This document shows, piece by piece, positions 27,860 through 37,880 of a stretch of DNA of 64,000 nt. This DNA comes from Armatimonadota bacterium. GTDB taxonomy: Bacteria > Vulcanimicrobiota > JACPDS01 > JBDRKI01. The notes beneath the pieces are model-generated. The model was given only the letters and a program-made list of their open reading frames with translations, ran no database searches and had not been told where the DNA came from. The stretch spans positions 1 through 64,000 of the forward strand of contig JBDRKI010000099.1 of assembly GCA_043814095.1 (NCBI GenBank), given 5' to 3'. The stretch's first letter is position 1, and every line of letters starts with the position of its first letter. A program made the translations under genes and the position numbers.

Positions 27860-28684
27860 TTATTTCTCGGTCTGGGCCCTGAATTCCTTAACTACTTCTT
27901 CGGTCACATTGACGCCGCCGAACATTATGCTGTTCTTGCTTAAAATAAGGCTTAATCCCTTATTTTTTGATATCTGCTCAACGACTTTGATAACGGTATC
28001 GTTTACTGGAGAATATATTTCCGCTCTTTTCTTGTAAAAATCCATCTCATACTGCCTTGTAAGTTTTTCCCTTTCCTTGCTTCCAAGCTTCTTGATCTGC
28101 GCTTCAATCTGGCCCTGCAGGCCTTTATAGTAAGCGGCAAGCTTCTCGTCCGCGTCACGGAACGCTTTTAACCTTCTTATAACTTCCTGATCAAAATATC
28201 CCACGGGTGAATTAAATTTCGCAGGAAGAGAGCTTAATTTTAATTCTTTCTCGCTGCCGACCATTTTAATAACATCATCTGTTATGTCTTTAATCCCGTA
28301 AACGGATATCTTTTTGTCAACGACCACGCTCATACCGCTCTTGCCTGCCACGACTTCTATCGCGGCCTCAACTCTTTCTTTCAGCGGATTTAAAAGAACT
28401 GCTCTTTTCTGCTCAAGCTGCTGCTGGTATGTTATAAGGAGCTCGCTCTGCTTGGCTTTTGACAGGTCTTTTGCTTTTTTGTTGTACAGATCGTAAACTT
28501 CTTTAGCGAAAGTTTCATACTGTTTTAACGCGCCGGCAAATTTTTCAGACGCGAATATTTTATCCTGATCAACACAGCCCACCTGTGCCGCCGGATTTGA
28601 TAAGCTTCCTATAAGAAACTTCACACCGAAAATAATACCTACAATTACCAGAACTATTACTGCTGCAGTAATAAACTTTTTCAT
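27860..28684 (-). CDS. OmpH/Skp family chaperone with two tandem Skp domains
   Basis: Two repeats: VGCVDQDKI...YGIKDITDDV and VGYFDQEVI...FGGVNVTEEV. Confidence 0.8.
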   Translation of the reverse strand: MKKFITAAVIVLVIVGIIFGVKFLIGSLSNPAAQVGCVDQDKIFASEKFAGALKQYETFAKEVYDLYNKKAKDLSKAKQSELLITYQQQLEQKRAVLLNPLKERVEAAIEVVAGKSGMSVVVDKKISVYGIKDITDDVIKMVGSEKELKLSSLPAKFNSPVGYFDQEVIRRLKAFRDADEKLAAYYKGLQGQIEAQIKKLGSKEREKLTRQYEMDFYKKRAEIYSPVNDTVIKVVEQISKNKGLSLILSKNSIMFGGVNVTEEVVKEFRAQTEK

Positions 28685-28706
28685 GATTTAAACCTCCTTG
28701 TTTTTA

Positions 28707-30836
28707 CTAAAACGACTGTCCCATGCCGATTGAGAACCTGCCTTTACCGCCGCCCCTTACGGCATAGTCTATCCTTATAACGCCTACTGCCAGGCCGATC
28801 TTCTGGAAGACAAGCCTTAAACCAACGCCTACGTCCTTGCGCAGGGTTGAATCCTGTCCCGGCGACCATGCGTTGCCCGCATCGGCAAAAACCGCGGCCT
28901 TTAAAAGATCTATCTTGCCCACTGGGAACCTGTACTCGGCGTTCGCAAGAAGCATCCTTGAGCCGAATATTGAGTTATCCTCGTAAGCTCTTAAAGTATC
29001 AACACCGCCTATGTAAAAATACTCCATTGCCGGGGGTATTCCCGATATCGCCCCTCCCCACAACCTTAAAGCTATGCTTCTTTCTTTTTTAAGTGGGAAA
29101 TATCTTCTTATTTCGGCCTGATACTTGCTGAAGTTATAAGAACCCTTTAGTGAATTTCCGGCCACCATGCCGGATGTATTTATATAATAACCCTTATAGG
29201 GATTAAATACGTCATCTCTTGTGTCATATATGCCGGTAAGGGATACCGCGTTTAAAGAACCGCTGCCCATGGCTATCGGCGTATATTCCGACGCCGCGCT
29301 TTTGTTCATAGCTATGGTTTCCCTTCTTAATCCTATAATGCCGCGAAGGTCAAGACCCAGCCATCTTCCGTAAGAGACTGTGCCGCCTCCCCTGTGATCG
29401 TCATAATAGGAGTACAGGACAGGTTCGGTATCGTATATGGGCTGTCTCAGTTCCCTGTAAGTACTGTTGAAAACCGAGAAACCTATCTGATCGGCGCGCT
29501 TGTTAATCGCCGGCGAATAATAAGATACTGCCCATGAATCTATATTGAAGCCCCTCTGCCAGCTTGTTGATATACTCTGGCCGTTTCCTCCCAGATTCCT
29601 CATATTGGCGGTAACCCCGCCCGTTAAGCCGCTTCTGGATGTCGCGCTAACGCCGCCGCCGCCGTAGCCCACGCCGAAGGTAAAGAAGTTATACTTCTTT
29701 GGCTCTTTAACTTTCCATATGACTATATATTTGTCGGGAGCCGAACCCTGCTCTGTTTCTATCTCTATATTGTCAAAAAGCTGCAGGTCCTGGAGATGCC
29801 TGTGATCTCTCATTATGCTTTCACTGCGCAGGAACATTCCCTGCTTCATCTTTAATATGCGCATAATGAAATATGTTTTGGTTTTTACATTGCCGGTTAC
29901 TTCCACTTTTTCAACGGTAACTTCCGCAACATCAATATTTACAATCCCCTTGTCATAATCTATCTGCGGCTGCTGTATGTTGGCAAAATAGTCTTTCTCT
30001 TTGTAAAAATCTAAAAGATTCGTAAGATCTTTTGATAGAACTTTTTTATTAAAAAGCTCCCCTGGCTTTAAATTTATTATCTTTTTCAGCTTTTCTTCGG
30101 AATAGGTTTTATTGCCGGTTATGTTTACTTCCGTTATCATCATCGCTTCTCTTATGTCTATCTTTATCTCGCCTTCAGGGGTCCATATTATATCCTTAAT
30201 ATGGTTCGGGAGCCAGTAGCCGAGATCTTCATTATAATAATTTCTTATCACCGCAAGGTCGCCGCTTAAAACTTTATTGTTAAGAATCTTACCGATCTTG
30301 GTTTCCATAAGAGCCAGAAGTTTATCAGTAGTAACTATTTTATTACCGGTTATTTCTATCTCTTTAACTATCGGATTTTCCAGAACCGTGAATACCACCT
30401 TTACGCCGTCGTCAAAAGGAACTTCCGAGTAATTTACGTCGGAGAAGTATCCCATATCCAGGATGGCGCGCCTGTCCCTTATAAGTTTGGGCTCTAGAAC
30501 AGGATCGCCCGTTTTGGTTATTAAAACATTTTTTATTTCATCTGCGGGAATTGCATTATTTCCCTCTATAACAACCGCGGTTACAAGTTTAGGTTTCTCG
30601 CTTACCACATCTTCCGGAAGAGGAAGCCCCTCATAAGGGATCTCTTCTACGGTTTCTTCTTTATCGGTATCTTCCATGGATGCGGGAAGCTCTTCTTCCG
30701 TATGCACCGGCTGGGGAACGGCAGGCTTTTTGTCCTTGTTATCCTCGGCCAAAACAGCGCTTGTTATTAACGCGATAACAGCCAGAAGAAGTATCAATAT
30801 AATTATTTTTGATCTGCCGTATAATAATTTATTCAT
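28707..30836 (-). CDS. bamA: Omp85/BamA outer-membrane assembly protein (3 POTRA domains + barrel)
   Basis: Signal peptide, three POTRA repeats (IEGN/ITGN), NLGGNGQ, DTRDD and AEYRFP motifs, terminal GQSF. Confidence 0.92.
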   Translation of the reverse strand: MNKLLYGRSKIIILILLLAVIALITSAVLAEDNKDKKPAVPQPVHTEEELPASMEDTDKEETVEEIPYEGLPLPEDVVSEKPKLVTAVVIEGNNAIPADEIKNVLITKTGDPVLEPKLIRDRRAILDMGYFSDVNYSEVPFDDGVKVVFTVLENPIVKEIEITGNKIVTTDKLLALMETKIGKILNNKVLSGDLAVIRNYYNEDLGYWLPNHIKDIIWTPEGEIKIDIREAMMITEVNITGNKTYSEEKLKKIINLKPGELFNKKVLSKDLTNLLDFYKEKDYFANIQQPQIDYDKGIVNIDVAEVTVEKVEVTGNVKTKTYFIMRILKMKQGMFLRSESIMRDHRHLQDLQLFDNIEIETEQGSAPDKYIVIWKVKEPKKYNFFTFGVGYGGGGVSATSRSGLTGGVTANMRNLGGNGQSISTSWQRGFNIDSWAVSYYSPAINKRADQIGFSVFNSTYRELRQPIYDTEPVLYSYYDDHRGGGTVSYGRWLGLDLRGIIGLRRETIAMNKSAASEYTPIAMGSGSLNAVSLTGIYDTRDDVFNPYKGYYINTSGMVAGNSLKGSYNFSKYQAEIRRYFPLKKERSIALRLWGGAISGIPPAMEYFYIGGVDTLRAYEDNSIFGSRMLLANAEYRFPVGKIDLLKAAVFADAGNAWSPGQDSTLRKDVGVGLRLVFQKIGLAVGVIRIDYAVRGGGKGRFSIGMGQSF

Positions 30837-30912
30837 CTTTATGCTCCTTGATTATGTAAAAGTTTGCCGTTATATTGCATGTGTAGCAAAAAAGTCTTTT
30901 ATCTTTCTATAA

Positions 30913-30941
30913 GTTATACCACAATCCTCTTAATATATCAA
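30913..30941 (-). promoter_or_regulatory. Sigma-70/A promoter for bamA-skp-lpxD-lpxC
   Basis: TTGATA-17 bp-TATAAC with extended -10 TG on the minus strand. Confidence 0.55.
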
Positions 30942-30973
30942 TATCTAATATATTATAATAAATTAGCACTGTT

Positions 30974-33900
30974 TTAGTACTGGTAGGTGGCCTTTATCCC
31001 GTAAAAATAGTTACCGAACTGGTCATTCTCAACCATAAGCATTGTCCTTCTCTGGAGCTTGTATTCCATGCCCCATATCTCATTCATTATGCCCTGCATG
31101 CCGTAAACTCTTGTATAGGTCATGAAGAACTTATCATCACTGCCTATGGCTTTGGCTATTTTTACAGACCATATACCCGGTCCGCCGTAATCAAACCCTA
31201 CATCCCCCGATAATATATTCTGGCTTATTGACTGTATAAGCGGCTGGAGAACGCTCATCTGGAGAGCGCTGTACATATACTTTGAGAACAATCCCTGGTT
31301 TCCGGCAAGCGGCACGCTGGGCAGAATTTTAGACGCCAGAAGCGCGACAATCTGGTCCTCTGAAAGCGGCGGATCCGAAGTAAAGGCGCTTACCGGTCTG
31401 TCAATACTGCCGCTTAATTCCACGAATATGTCCACATCGCTCACGGTTGTACGGGCTTCAAGATCAATCTTGGGCATCATGTCTTCCCTGCCGTCAAAAA
31501 ACGCCATGCCGTCTATAATCTTAAAAGACGTGTTATAGAAATTAATACTGCCCTGGGAGAAATTAATCTGCCCTTTTAAAGTGGGCTTTGCGTCCCGCCC
31601 CCTTATCTCTAAAAGGCCCGTACTCTTAAAATGTGTGCTTAAAACGTTTGACTGGCTGTTAAGCCATACATTATCAAGTATAAGGTCCAAGTTGTATGCC
31701 GTTGAATCCAGCTCGGCAGGGGCTTTCTTTCCGGGCTTCTCGCCCATTTTCTTGGCAACATTGGCAAGCTCTAAAAGATTAAGGTTCCCGCCTATGGCCT
31801 TTAACATGCCCGCTAATTTCTTGTCATGCGAAGGACCCTTAAGACTTATATCCCCGTCCAGTTCGCCGCTGTAGTATTTGGCGGAATAAATTTTTAAACT
31901 GCTTAACTTTAAATTTAAATCGTATTCTTCCGGCAGGAACCCCTCAAAAGATATATCCCCGCTTAAATTAAAGCTCCCGCCGCCCATCTTAGCGCCGAAT
32001 TCATCAAACCGGAGCCGGTCATCAACAAAAGTTATTTTTATGTCTATATCCTCCATGGGGGTATCAACCTGGTTAAATTTAATATAGCCGTTTTTAACCG
32101 TTACGTTGCCGTGCATCTCTATATCGTAAATAGGGCCGGAAAATTTAATCTCGCCGTTTATGGGTCCGGTGGAAGTTTCAACAATGTCGCCCAAAAGATT
32201 TAATATACTTAAATCTTTCTCCGAAAACTTAACATTAAACTCAAGCGGGGCTGATGTATAAAACTCACCCCTCTGTATAACTATTGGCATATTTCCGTAA
32301 GCTTTTATCTGGTGCTTGCCCTTTAAAACCTTCCAGTCTTTAAACTGCAGCATACCGTCCGCCCCGGTTATAATCCCGCTGAATTCGTCAAACCCGAACC
32401 CGTCAAAACTGCCCTTATATAATCTAAAACCGCCTTCTATATCAGGCGATAAACAGCTGTTGCTGGCGGCAAAAACAGAGTTCAGCATTCCGGATATTCT
32501 GTGGCCTCCCGGGAGAAACGGGTTTAAAAAACCTACATCAAGGTTATTTGTGTTTAATTTAATCTCTATATTTCCAGCGGTATTTATCGTACCTGAAGCT
32601 TTCGCCCACCCGGCGCTCTGCGTAAGCACGACATCATTTATTGTCCAGTTTTTATCTTCAAGCCCAAGGTCCACTTTCAACGAATCAATCTTGGTTTTAT
32701 CAAAAAGGCCGTCCTTTAAACTGCCCCTTAAAACAAGCTTGGGATTGGCAAGAACTCCTCCAAGCATCATATATGAATCTATAGTGCCGTTTAACCTGTC
32801 TTTCAAGCCGGACTTCATAAGGGCAAGAATAGTAGAAAGACTGCCCGAGACTGAGGTAAGCTCAAGGTCAAACACCGGCTGCTTGTCTTCCGGAGCGCCG
32901 AACGCGGCAAATAGATTCTTGCCGCCCGAGGCGGAAAAATCTATGCTTCCGGAAAGATTATACGAAGGAACTTTACCCCTGCCCGCTTTCTGTTTTATGC
33001 CTCCCGGGGAATCTTTTTCTTCTTCTATGTATAACGGGTTCAGATTTAAAACACTGTTTTCAAAATCCGCATTACACAGCGCTTTTGAAAATTTCTTGTC
33101 ATTTATGACAACATTCTCGTATTCCAGCTTAGCTATAACATGCGGAGAAGAAACGGATCCGAGCACTTTTATATTAAATTTGCCGGCGCCTTCCACTTCC
33201 CCCAGATAATCACTCATAAACGGCATCTCGGCAAGGGGGAAATCATCCGCGTAAAAAGTAAATTCCAGAATACCCCTGTCATTTATACTGCCGAAACCAA
33301 GGATTTCCCCTTTATTAACGGTGAGCTTCAGATCCGAAAGAACATAGCTTCTGTTGCTTGATGTAAGGTCAAGTTTCAGCTCCTTAAACACTTTTCCCAT
33401 TAATTTTAAATTAAAAATATCTATGCTTCCCGAAATTGCGGGTTTAGACATTTCCCCTTTTACCGAAAAATTGGAGGACAGTTTTCCTTCTATATCCTGG
33501 GAAGAGAAAGCCGTGGCCTGCATTATCTTTTTTATGTTAAGCTTGTTTGTAATTATATTTAAGTCCATGCTCTTTTTGCCGGAGACATCTATGCTCCCGC
33601 AGATACATAATTTTCCGTCACCCTGATAAAACTCTACGGGCTTAAAATTCAAACGGTTGTCCGCGTATTCAAAATCCGTTTTCAGGGTAAAGAAATCATC
33701 GTTTATTAGGCCGCCGGGGATATTAAGAAAGCCCAGCATATTCAGATTATTGTTTTTATACTTAAGGCTTCCCGCCGTTGAAACCTCAAATTTTATATCT
33801 TTTGTCTTAACCATGTCCGGCGAAGAGATGCCGAAAAGATTTAAGACCTCATCAACGTTTGAAAGCTTCCTGTTTATAAGGTGGTATTTAACATCCGCGT

Positions 33901-36253
33901 CATTAAGGGAGATCTCGCCCGTTAACCCCAGGAACATTGTCTTCCCGAAAAGGGAGAGCGTGTCAAAAATAAGCCTATCGGCTGAAAATTCCAGATCATA
34001 ATAACCGCTCTCCATGGGGAGGGTCGCGAGCATTCCCTCTTTAAGGTCAAAGTTCCCGGAAGCAAAATACGTGCCGTTTCTAATGCGCAGTATTGAATCT
34101 AAATATATCACTCCTTTTATTAAATCGGGCCTTGCGATTATGCTTGCCACATCTATATTATTGGCGCTTAATACCGAAAGGGCCGTCCCTCCGTTTTTAT
34201 AGAAATTATTAAAGCCCGTCATGTTTATATTCTTAATTTTCTCGTCAAGCCCGAACGAATAAAAATATCCTTTATGTTTATTCCCGTCAAAATAAAGATT
34301 TATATCCGAACTTTTCCCGAACAGCTTAAAATTATCACGCGCAAAAGTCCTGTTAAGGGAAGAAAGATCAGCCCCCATGCAGAGAAGGTAGCCCTGCAGC
34401 TCCTCGGCTTTATTATTCTGGTAATATCCGAAGTTTACCGGCGCTCCCAAAACAATACCCGCGCCTTTATCAAGAAGCAATTTATCCGGCTCAAAATAAG
34501 CGTCAAAGCCAAGCCTGCCGGCGGAAAGCCCTTCGGCCGCGAAAGAGGCGTTTTTAAGAAAAGCAAAAAACCTGGGATCTTTAAATGTGCCCCTTAACCC
34601 GCCTCCCAAGCTTAATCTGCCCGTAAAAGGCCCTAATGTCTTAAAACCCCTTCCGGAGAAATTCAAATTTTTAGCCCAAATATTAAAATCCATAACCGAG
34701 CTTTTAAAATCAACTTCCCCTCCGGCTTCAGCGACTTTTTTACTGCCCTGGAATATACCGGCTTTTTTCAGGTAAAAAAGGTCTGCCCCGAAAACAAAGC
34801 TCGCGCTGGCCTTGCCCGGAACACGCGTGATAAAGAGCATCTCGCTAAGATCGGCACTCCCGAACATAACGGGATCTTTTACCGGGCCCGCCACGCAGAA
34901 ATAAAAATCGGATTTAAAATCAACGGTATCATTCTTAAACCCCGGGATTATTCTTCCGAGTTCAAGGCCGCTGCCCTTAACAGACAAAATAACTTCCTGC
35001 GGTTCTTTTACCATATACATACCGCTTGCGGATAGTTTACCGTCTCCCGCTTTCGCGGTTATATCATTAACAAAAAGAATGTCATCATAAAATTCCAGAC
35101 CGAATAAAATATCTTTTAATCTGCCCGGGGCGGAACTGTCTTTAAGAAGGTAAGCTACGTTTTCCGCTTCTATATCCGCTTTTATAACAGGCAGATCCCC
35201 CTTCCCTTTTATACTTATAAAAGCGGAAGCATTGCCAGTTATATCAATCTCAAAATCCGAGGTCCAAAATTTTCCGATCTGCTTAAGATCAAAATCAACC
35301 GCCTCTATGTCAACGATTAAAAACGGCCATGCGAAATCGGTAATAACGCCCTTAGCGGAAACAGGCACTGTCCCGAACAGCGCGTCAATGCCTTTTGAGA
35401 ACAGGCAGTTGTCGGATATATCAATCTTGCCGGTCATATCATGGAACTCATACGGAAACCCTTTGCAGTAAAAAGCGCCGTCATCCACATATAAGCTTCC
35501 CTGGTAGTCTGTAATACCGCTTTTTAACCCTGTTATAAACCAGATATCAAGATCGGCAACGCCGTCCCTGAAAAAGAAATCCCTGTTAACGAAAAGATAA
35601 TTTATATAATCAACAAGCAGTATATCGGAAGCGCTAAGAAGGGTGTAAAGGTTGCCCTTTCTCATGCTCCCCTCTACGGTCATCTTTTTACCGCCCTGTG
35701 AAATACTGCCAGATACCGTATTGTTCCTGTCAAAATAATTATAACGGAAATTTATCTTATCAAGTTTTGTACTTCTTTTAGCGACAAAAATATCTTCTAT
35801 CTTAACTTTGCCGCCCTCTACTATTATCTCCCCTTTATATATCCCCTTAATCTTTACTTCTTCGTCTTTTTTCTTCTTTTTCTTGCCCTGCTTAAAAATG
35901 GTAGATACATTCCATGTTCCATGATCAAGTTTTTTAAGATAAACAGAGGGCTCAACAACTTTTACCTTATCAACAAAAGCCCTGCCCATAAAAACATTGA
36001 ATATCCCGTACCTTATATCGATCTCCTTAACAGATATAACGGAATTATTATTCCCGTCCCTTACCTTTATATCATCAGCAACAAGTCTGTTAATCTTTAC
36101 GGCCATCCCCCCTATATTTATCCTGCCGTTCGTAAAAAAGGCAAACCCGTACATAACAGCTGTTTTAACCAGAAAGCTGAACGAGAAACATATAAGTAAT
36201 AGTAATACTATTACTATAATTATCTTTTTTCTTTTTTTAATAAAATTAAGCAT
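30974..36253 (-). CDS. tamB: TamB/AsmA-like translocation and assembly module protein (DUF490 C-terminus)
   Basis: ~1760 aa with an N-terminal TM anchor, repetitive beta-taco sequence and SDPPLSEDQIVALL near the C-terminus; adjacent to bamA. Probable ATG at 36253 (track start 36301). Confidence 0.88.
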   Translation of the reverse strand: MLNFIKKRKKIIIVIVLLLLICFSFSFLVKTAVMYGFAFFTNGRINIGGMAVKINRLVADDIKVRDGNNNSVISVKEIDIRYGIFNVFMGRAFVDKVKVVEPSVYLKKLDHGTWNVSTIFKQGKKKKKKDEEVKIKGIYKGEIIVEGGKVKIEDIFVAKRSTKLDKINFRYNYFDRNNTVSGSISQGGKKMTVEGSMRKGNLYTLLSASDILLVDYINYLFVNRDFFFRDGVADLDIWFITGLKSGITDYQGSLYVDDGAFYCKGFPYEFHDMTGKIDISDNCLFSKGIDALFGTVPVSAKGVITDFAWPFLIVDIEAVDFDLKQIGKFWTSDFEIDITGNASAFISIKGKGDLPVIKADIEAENVAYLLKDSSAPGRLKDILFGLEFYDDILFVNDITAKAGDGKLSASGMYMVKEPQEVILSVKGSGLELGRIIPGFKNDTVDFKSDFYFCVAGPVKDPVMFGSADLSEMLFITRVPGKASASFVFGADLFYLKKAGIFQGSKKVAEAGGEVDFKSSVMDFNIWAKNLNFSGRGFKTLGPFTGRLSLGGGLRGTFKDPRFFAFLKNASFAAEGLSAGRLGFDAYFEPDKLLLDKGAGIVLGAPVNFGYYQNNKAEELQGYLLCMGADLSSLNRTFARDNFKLFGKSSDINLYFDGNKHKGYFYSFGLDEKIKNINMTGFNNFYKNGGTALSVLSANNIDVASIIARPDLIKGVIYLDSILRIRNGTYFASGNFDLKEGMLATLPMESGYYDLEFSADRLIFDTLSLFGKTMFLGLTGEISLNDADVKYHLINRKLSNVDEVLNLFGISSPDMVKTKDIKFEVSTAGSLKYKNNNLNMLGFLNIPGGLINDDFFTLKTDFEYADNRLNFKPVEFYQGDGKLCICGSIDVSGKKSMDLNIITNKLNIKKIMQATAFSSQDIEGKLSSNFSVKGEMSKPAISGSIDIFNLKLMGKVFKELKLDLTSSNRSYVLSDLKLTVNKGEILGFGSINDRGILEFTFYADDFPLAEMPFMSDYLGEVEGAGKFNIKVLGSVSSPHVIAKLEYENVVINDKKFSKALCNADFENSVLNLNPLYIEEEKDSPGGIKQKAGRGKVPSYNLSGSIDFSASGGKNLFAAFGAPEDKQPVFDLELTSVSGSLSTILALMKSGLKDRLNGTIDSYMMLGGVLANPKLVLRGSLKDGLFDKTKIDSLKVDLGLEDKNWTINDVVLTQSAGWAKASGTINTAGNIEIKLNTNNLDVGFLNPFLPGGHRISGMLNSVFAASNSCLSPDIEGGFRLYKGSFDGFGFDEFSGIITGADGMLQFKDWKVLKGKHQIKAYGNMPIVIQRGEFYTSAPLEFNVKFSEKDLSILNLLGDIVETSTGPINGEIKFSGPIYDIEMHGNVTVKNGYIKFNQVDTPMEDIDIKITFVDDRLRFDEFGAKMGGGSFNLSGDISFEGFLPEEYDLNLKLSSLKIYSAKYYSGELDGDISLKGPSHDKKLAGMLKAIGGNLNLLELANVAKKMGEKPGKKAPAELDSTAYNLDLILDNVWLNSQSNVLSTHFKSTGLLEIRGRDAKPTLKGQINFSQGSINFYNTSFKIIDGMAFFDGREDMMPKIDLEARTTVSDVDIFVELSGSIDRPVSAFTSDPPLSEDQIVALLASKILPSVPLAGNQGLFSKYMYSALQMSVLQPLIQSISQNILSGDVGFDYGGPGIWSVKIAKAIGSDDKFFMTYTRVYGMQGIMNEIWGMEYKLQRRTMLMVENDQFGNYFYGIKATYQY

Positions 36254-36353
36254 AATATAATTTAAATAACTTCTAAATTTTAATAAAATAACCTTCTGCA
36301 TTACGAATTAATTTAGTAGTCGCAAAAAATTCATTATTATTTATATTTTCAAT

Positions 36354-36391
36354 AAAAAACCGCCATGAATAACTTATCATAACGGTTTTTT
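36354..36391. terminator. Intrinsic terminator-like hairpin
   Basis: AAAAAACCGCCATGA...TCATAACGGTTTTTT. Confidence 0.55.
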
Positions 36392-36644
36392 GTATATATT
36401 TCTAGCTATTAAGCTGATTCCTTATGTAGAACTAATATTTATACCGCCGTTTTCCTGTATATTCCATAACGCTTTTAGCTATATCAGTGCAACTTATTTA
36501 CGAAAGAACCACATATAACAAATGGAAAACTCATAGAAAATACATACCAGAGGGGCCATTATGTTCTTACTTCATGAAGAGCCATAATCACATTTGATTT
36601 TTGATTCGGCTTTCGACGTATTCGTCAAATCAGGCCTAAATCAA

Positions 36645-36851
36645 TTAATTCGGAAGATAAACAATCAGCAATGAAACGCAAAGCCACAATATAACAACCC
36701 AAAACTGCCATGTCAAAAGCATACTTCTAACATTATCCCTAAAGCCCCCAAGTCGTATTCTATCAGGTTCTGTATATGATGTTTCTTTTGGATATGCTGT
36801 TTTACACAAGAAAAAAGAGACGTTAAATGCACTGTAGGCCAATATATGCGA
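36645..36851 (-). pseudogene. Degenerate remnant of a second CPBP/CAAX protease gene (C-terminal part)
   Basis: SHILAYSAFN..KETSYTEPDRIRLGGFRDNVRSMLLTWQFW aligns with SSMLAHGTFN...KETPNAEVDTVRFKGFWGNIKSLFGLWQFW of the adjacent intact gene, with an internal deletion and a His-to-Tyr change. Confidence 0.7.
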
Positions 36852-36879
36852 ATCGTCTCGTCAAAAATCTACAAAAAAC

Positions 36880-37779
36880 CTAATGCTTTATAAAAGAACT
36901 CAATAAAATAAAAAGAAACAACAGCATAATACTCCAAAACTGCCATAGGCCGAATAAGCTTTTTATATTGCCCCAAAATCCTTTAAACCTAACCGTGTCT
37001 ACCTCGGCATTGGGGGTTTCTTTTATTAACAATTTAAACAATAATATTATCAATATAATTGATAGTATTATTAAAACGGGGGGAAGATGGTATTTAGTAT
37101 ATGCGCTAAATTTATAGGTGTAAAAATAAGCAAATAATATAGCTGTGGCATTAAAAGTTCCGTGGGCTAACATGCTCGAAAAAATTGAGCCTGTCCTATA
37201 GACCAAATAACCCAAGACCAAACTCACAAAAATAGAAGATATAATATGTGAGATGCAGTTCATGTGTAGGGCACCAAAAAGAAACGAAGCGATAACAATC
37301 GCTTGAATAAAGCCAAATTTTTTAAAAGCATTCAAAAGATAGCCTCTAAAATAAAATTCTTCGTATAATGGAGCGATAATTACCATTAAAAAGATAAATA
37401 AATAAGAATCTAAATTATTATTTGATTTGGGATAGGGATCAGCAATAATAACGACTGAAGCGCAGAAAGATTTAATTAAATAATATAAGTAAGTGCCTGT
37501 GAAAAAACTAATAACACCGATTAGAATTGATAAAATTACTATTCGGTAATTTATTTTTTTAATACTAAAAGCATTTATAATATTAAGCTTTTGCTTTTTT
37601 GCCGCTATGAGAAGTATTAAAATAAGAAATATATTGTTAATAACATCACTAAAATATTTAAACCCAAACAAATTTTTGTTAATACTGTATAGTACTCCCC
37701 CTAAAATAAGCATAATCAAAAATAAATTTAATGCGTTTCTTACCGAAGAATGCCTAATCTCTTGAATATCATTTTGCAT
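36880..37779 (-). CDS. CPBP family intramembrane glutamic endopeptidase (CAAX/Abi)
   Basis: APLYEEFYFRG, LFGALH and HGTFN motifs; multi-TM; markedly AT-rich. Confidence 0.92.
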   Translation of the reverse strand: MQNDIQEIRHSSVRNALNLFLIMLILGGVLYSINKNLFGFKYFSDVINNIFLILILLIAAKKQKLNIINAFSIKKINYRIVILSILIGVISFFTGTYLYYLIKSFCASVVIIADPYPKSNNNLDSYLFIFLMVIIAPLYEEFYFRGYLLNAFKKFGFIQAIVIASFLFGALHMNCISHIISSIFVSLVLGYLVYRTGSIFSSMLAHGTFNATAILFAYFYTYKFSAYTKYHLPPVLIILSIILIILLFKLLIKETPNAEVDTVRFKGFWGNIKSLFGLWQFWSIMLLFLFILLSSFIKH

Positions 37780-37807
37780 ATCGAACCTTTCGCATACAAT
37801 TGCGCCG

Positions 37808-37842
37808 AATAACCGCCCTGATATAACTTCAGGGCGGCTATT
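37808..37842. terminator. Stem-loop between the orphan fragment and the CAAX gene
   Basis: AATAACCGCCCTGA-loop-TCAGGGCGGCTATT. Confidence 0.55.
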
Positions 37843-37880
37843 ATCTCTCTACGAATCGCTCTTATATGAGAATCGCAGAG

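Noticed and set aside
32316-33209. 297-aa plus-strand ORF (also 38179..38925, 25776..26423 and many shorter ones)
   Set aside because: These are antisense shadows of tamB, mreB, lpxD and others, with no SD or family motifs.
37780-37880. Possible integron attC site between cassette-like ORFs
   Set aside because: No convincing RYYYAAC...GTTRRRY pair and no integrase; a simple hairpin explains it.
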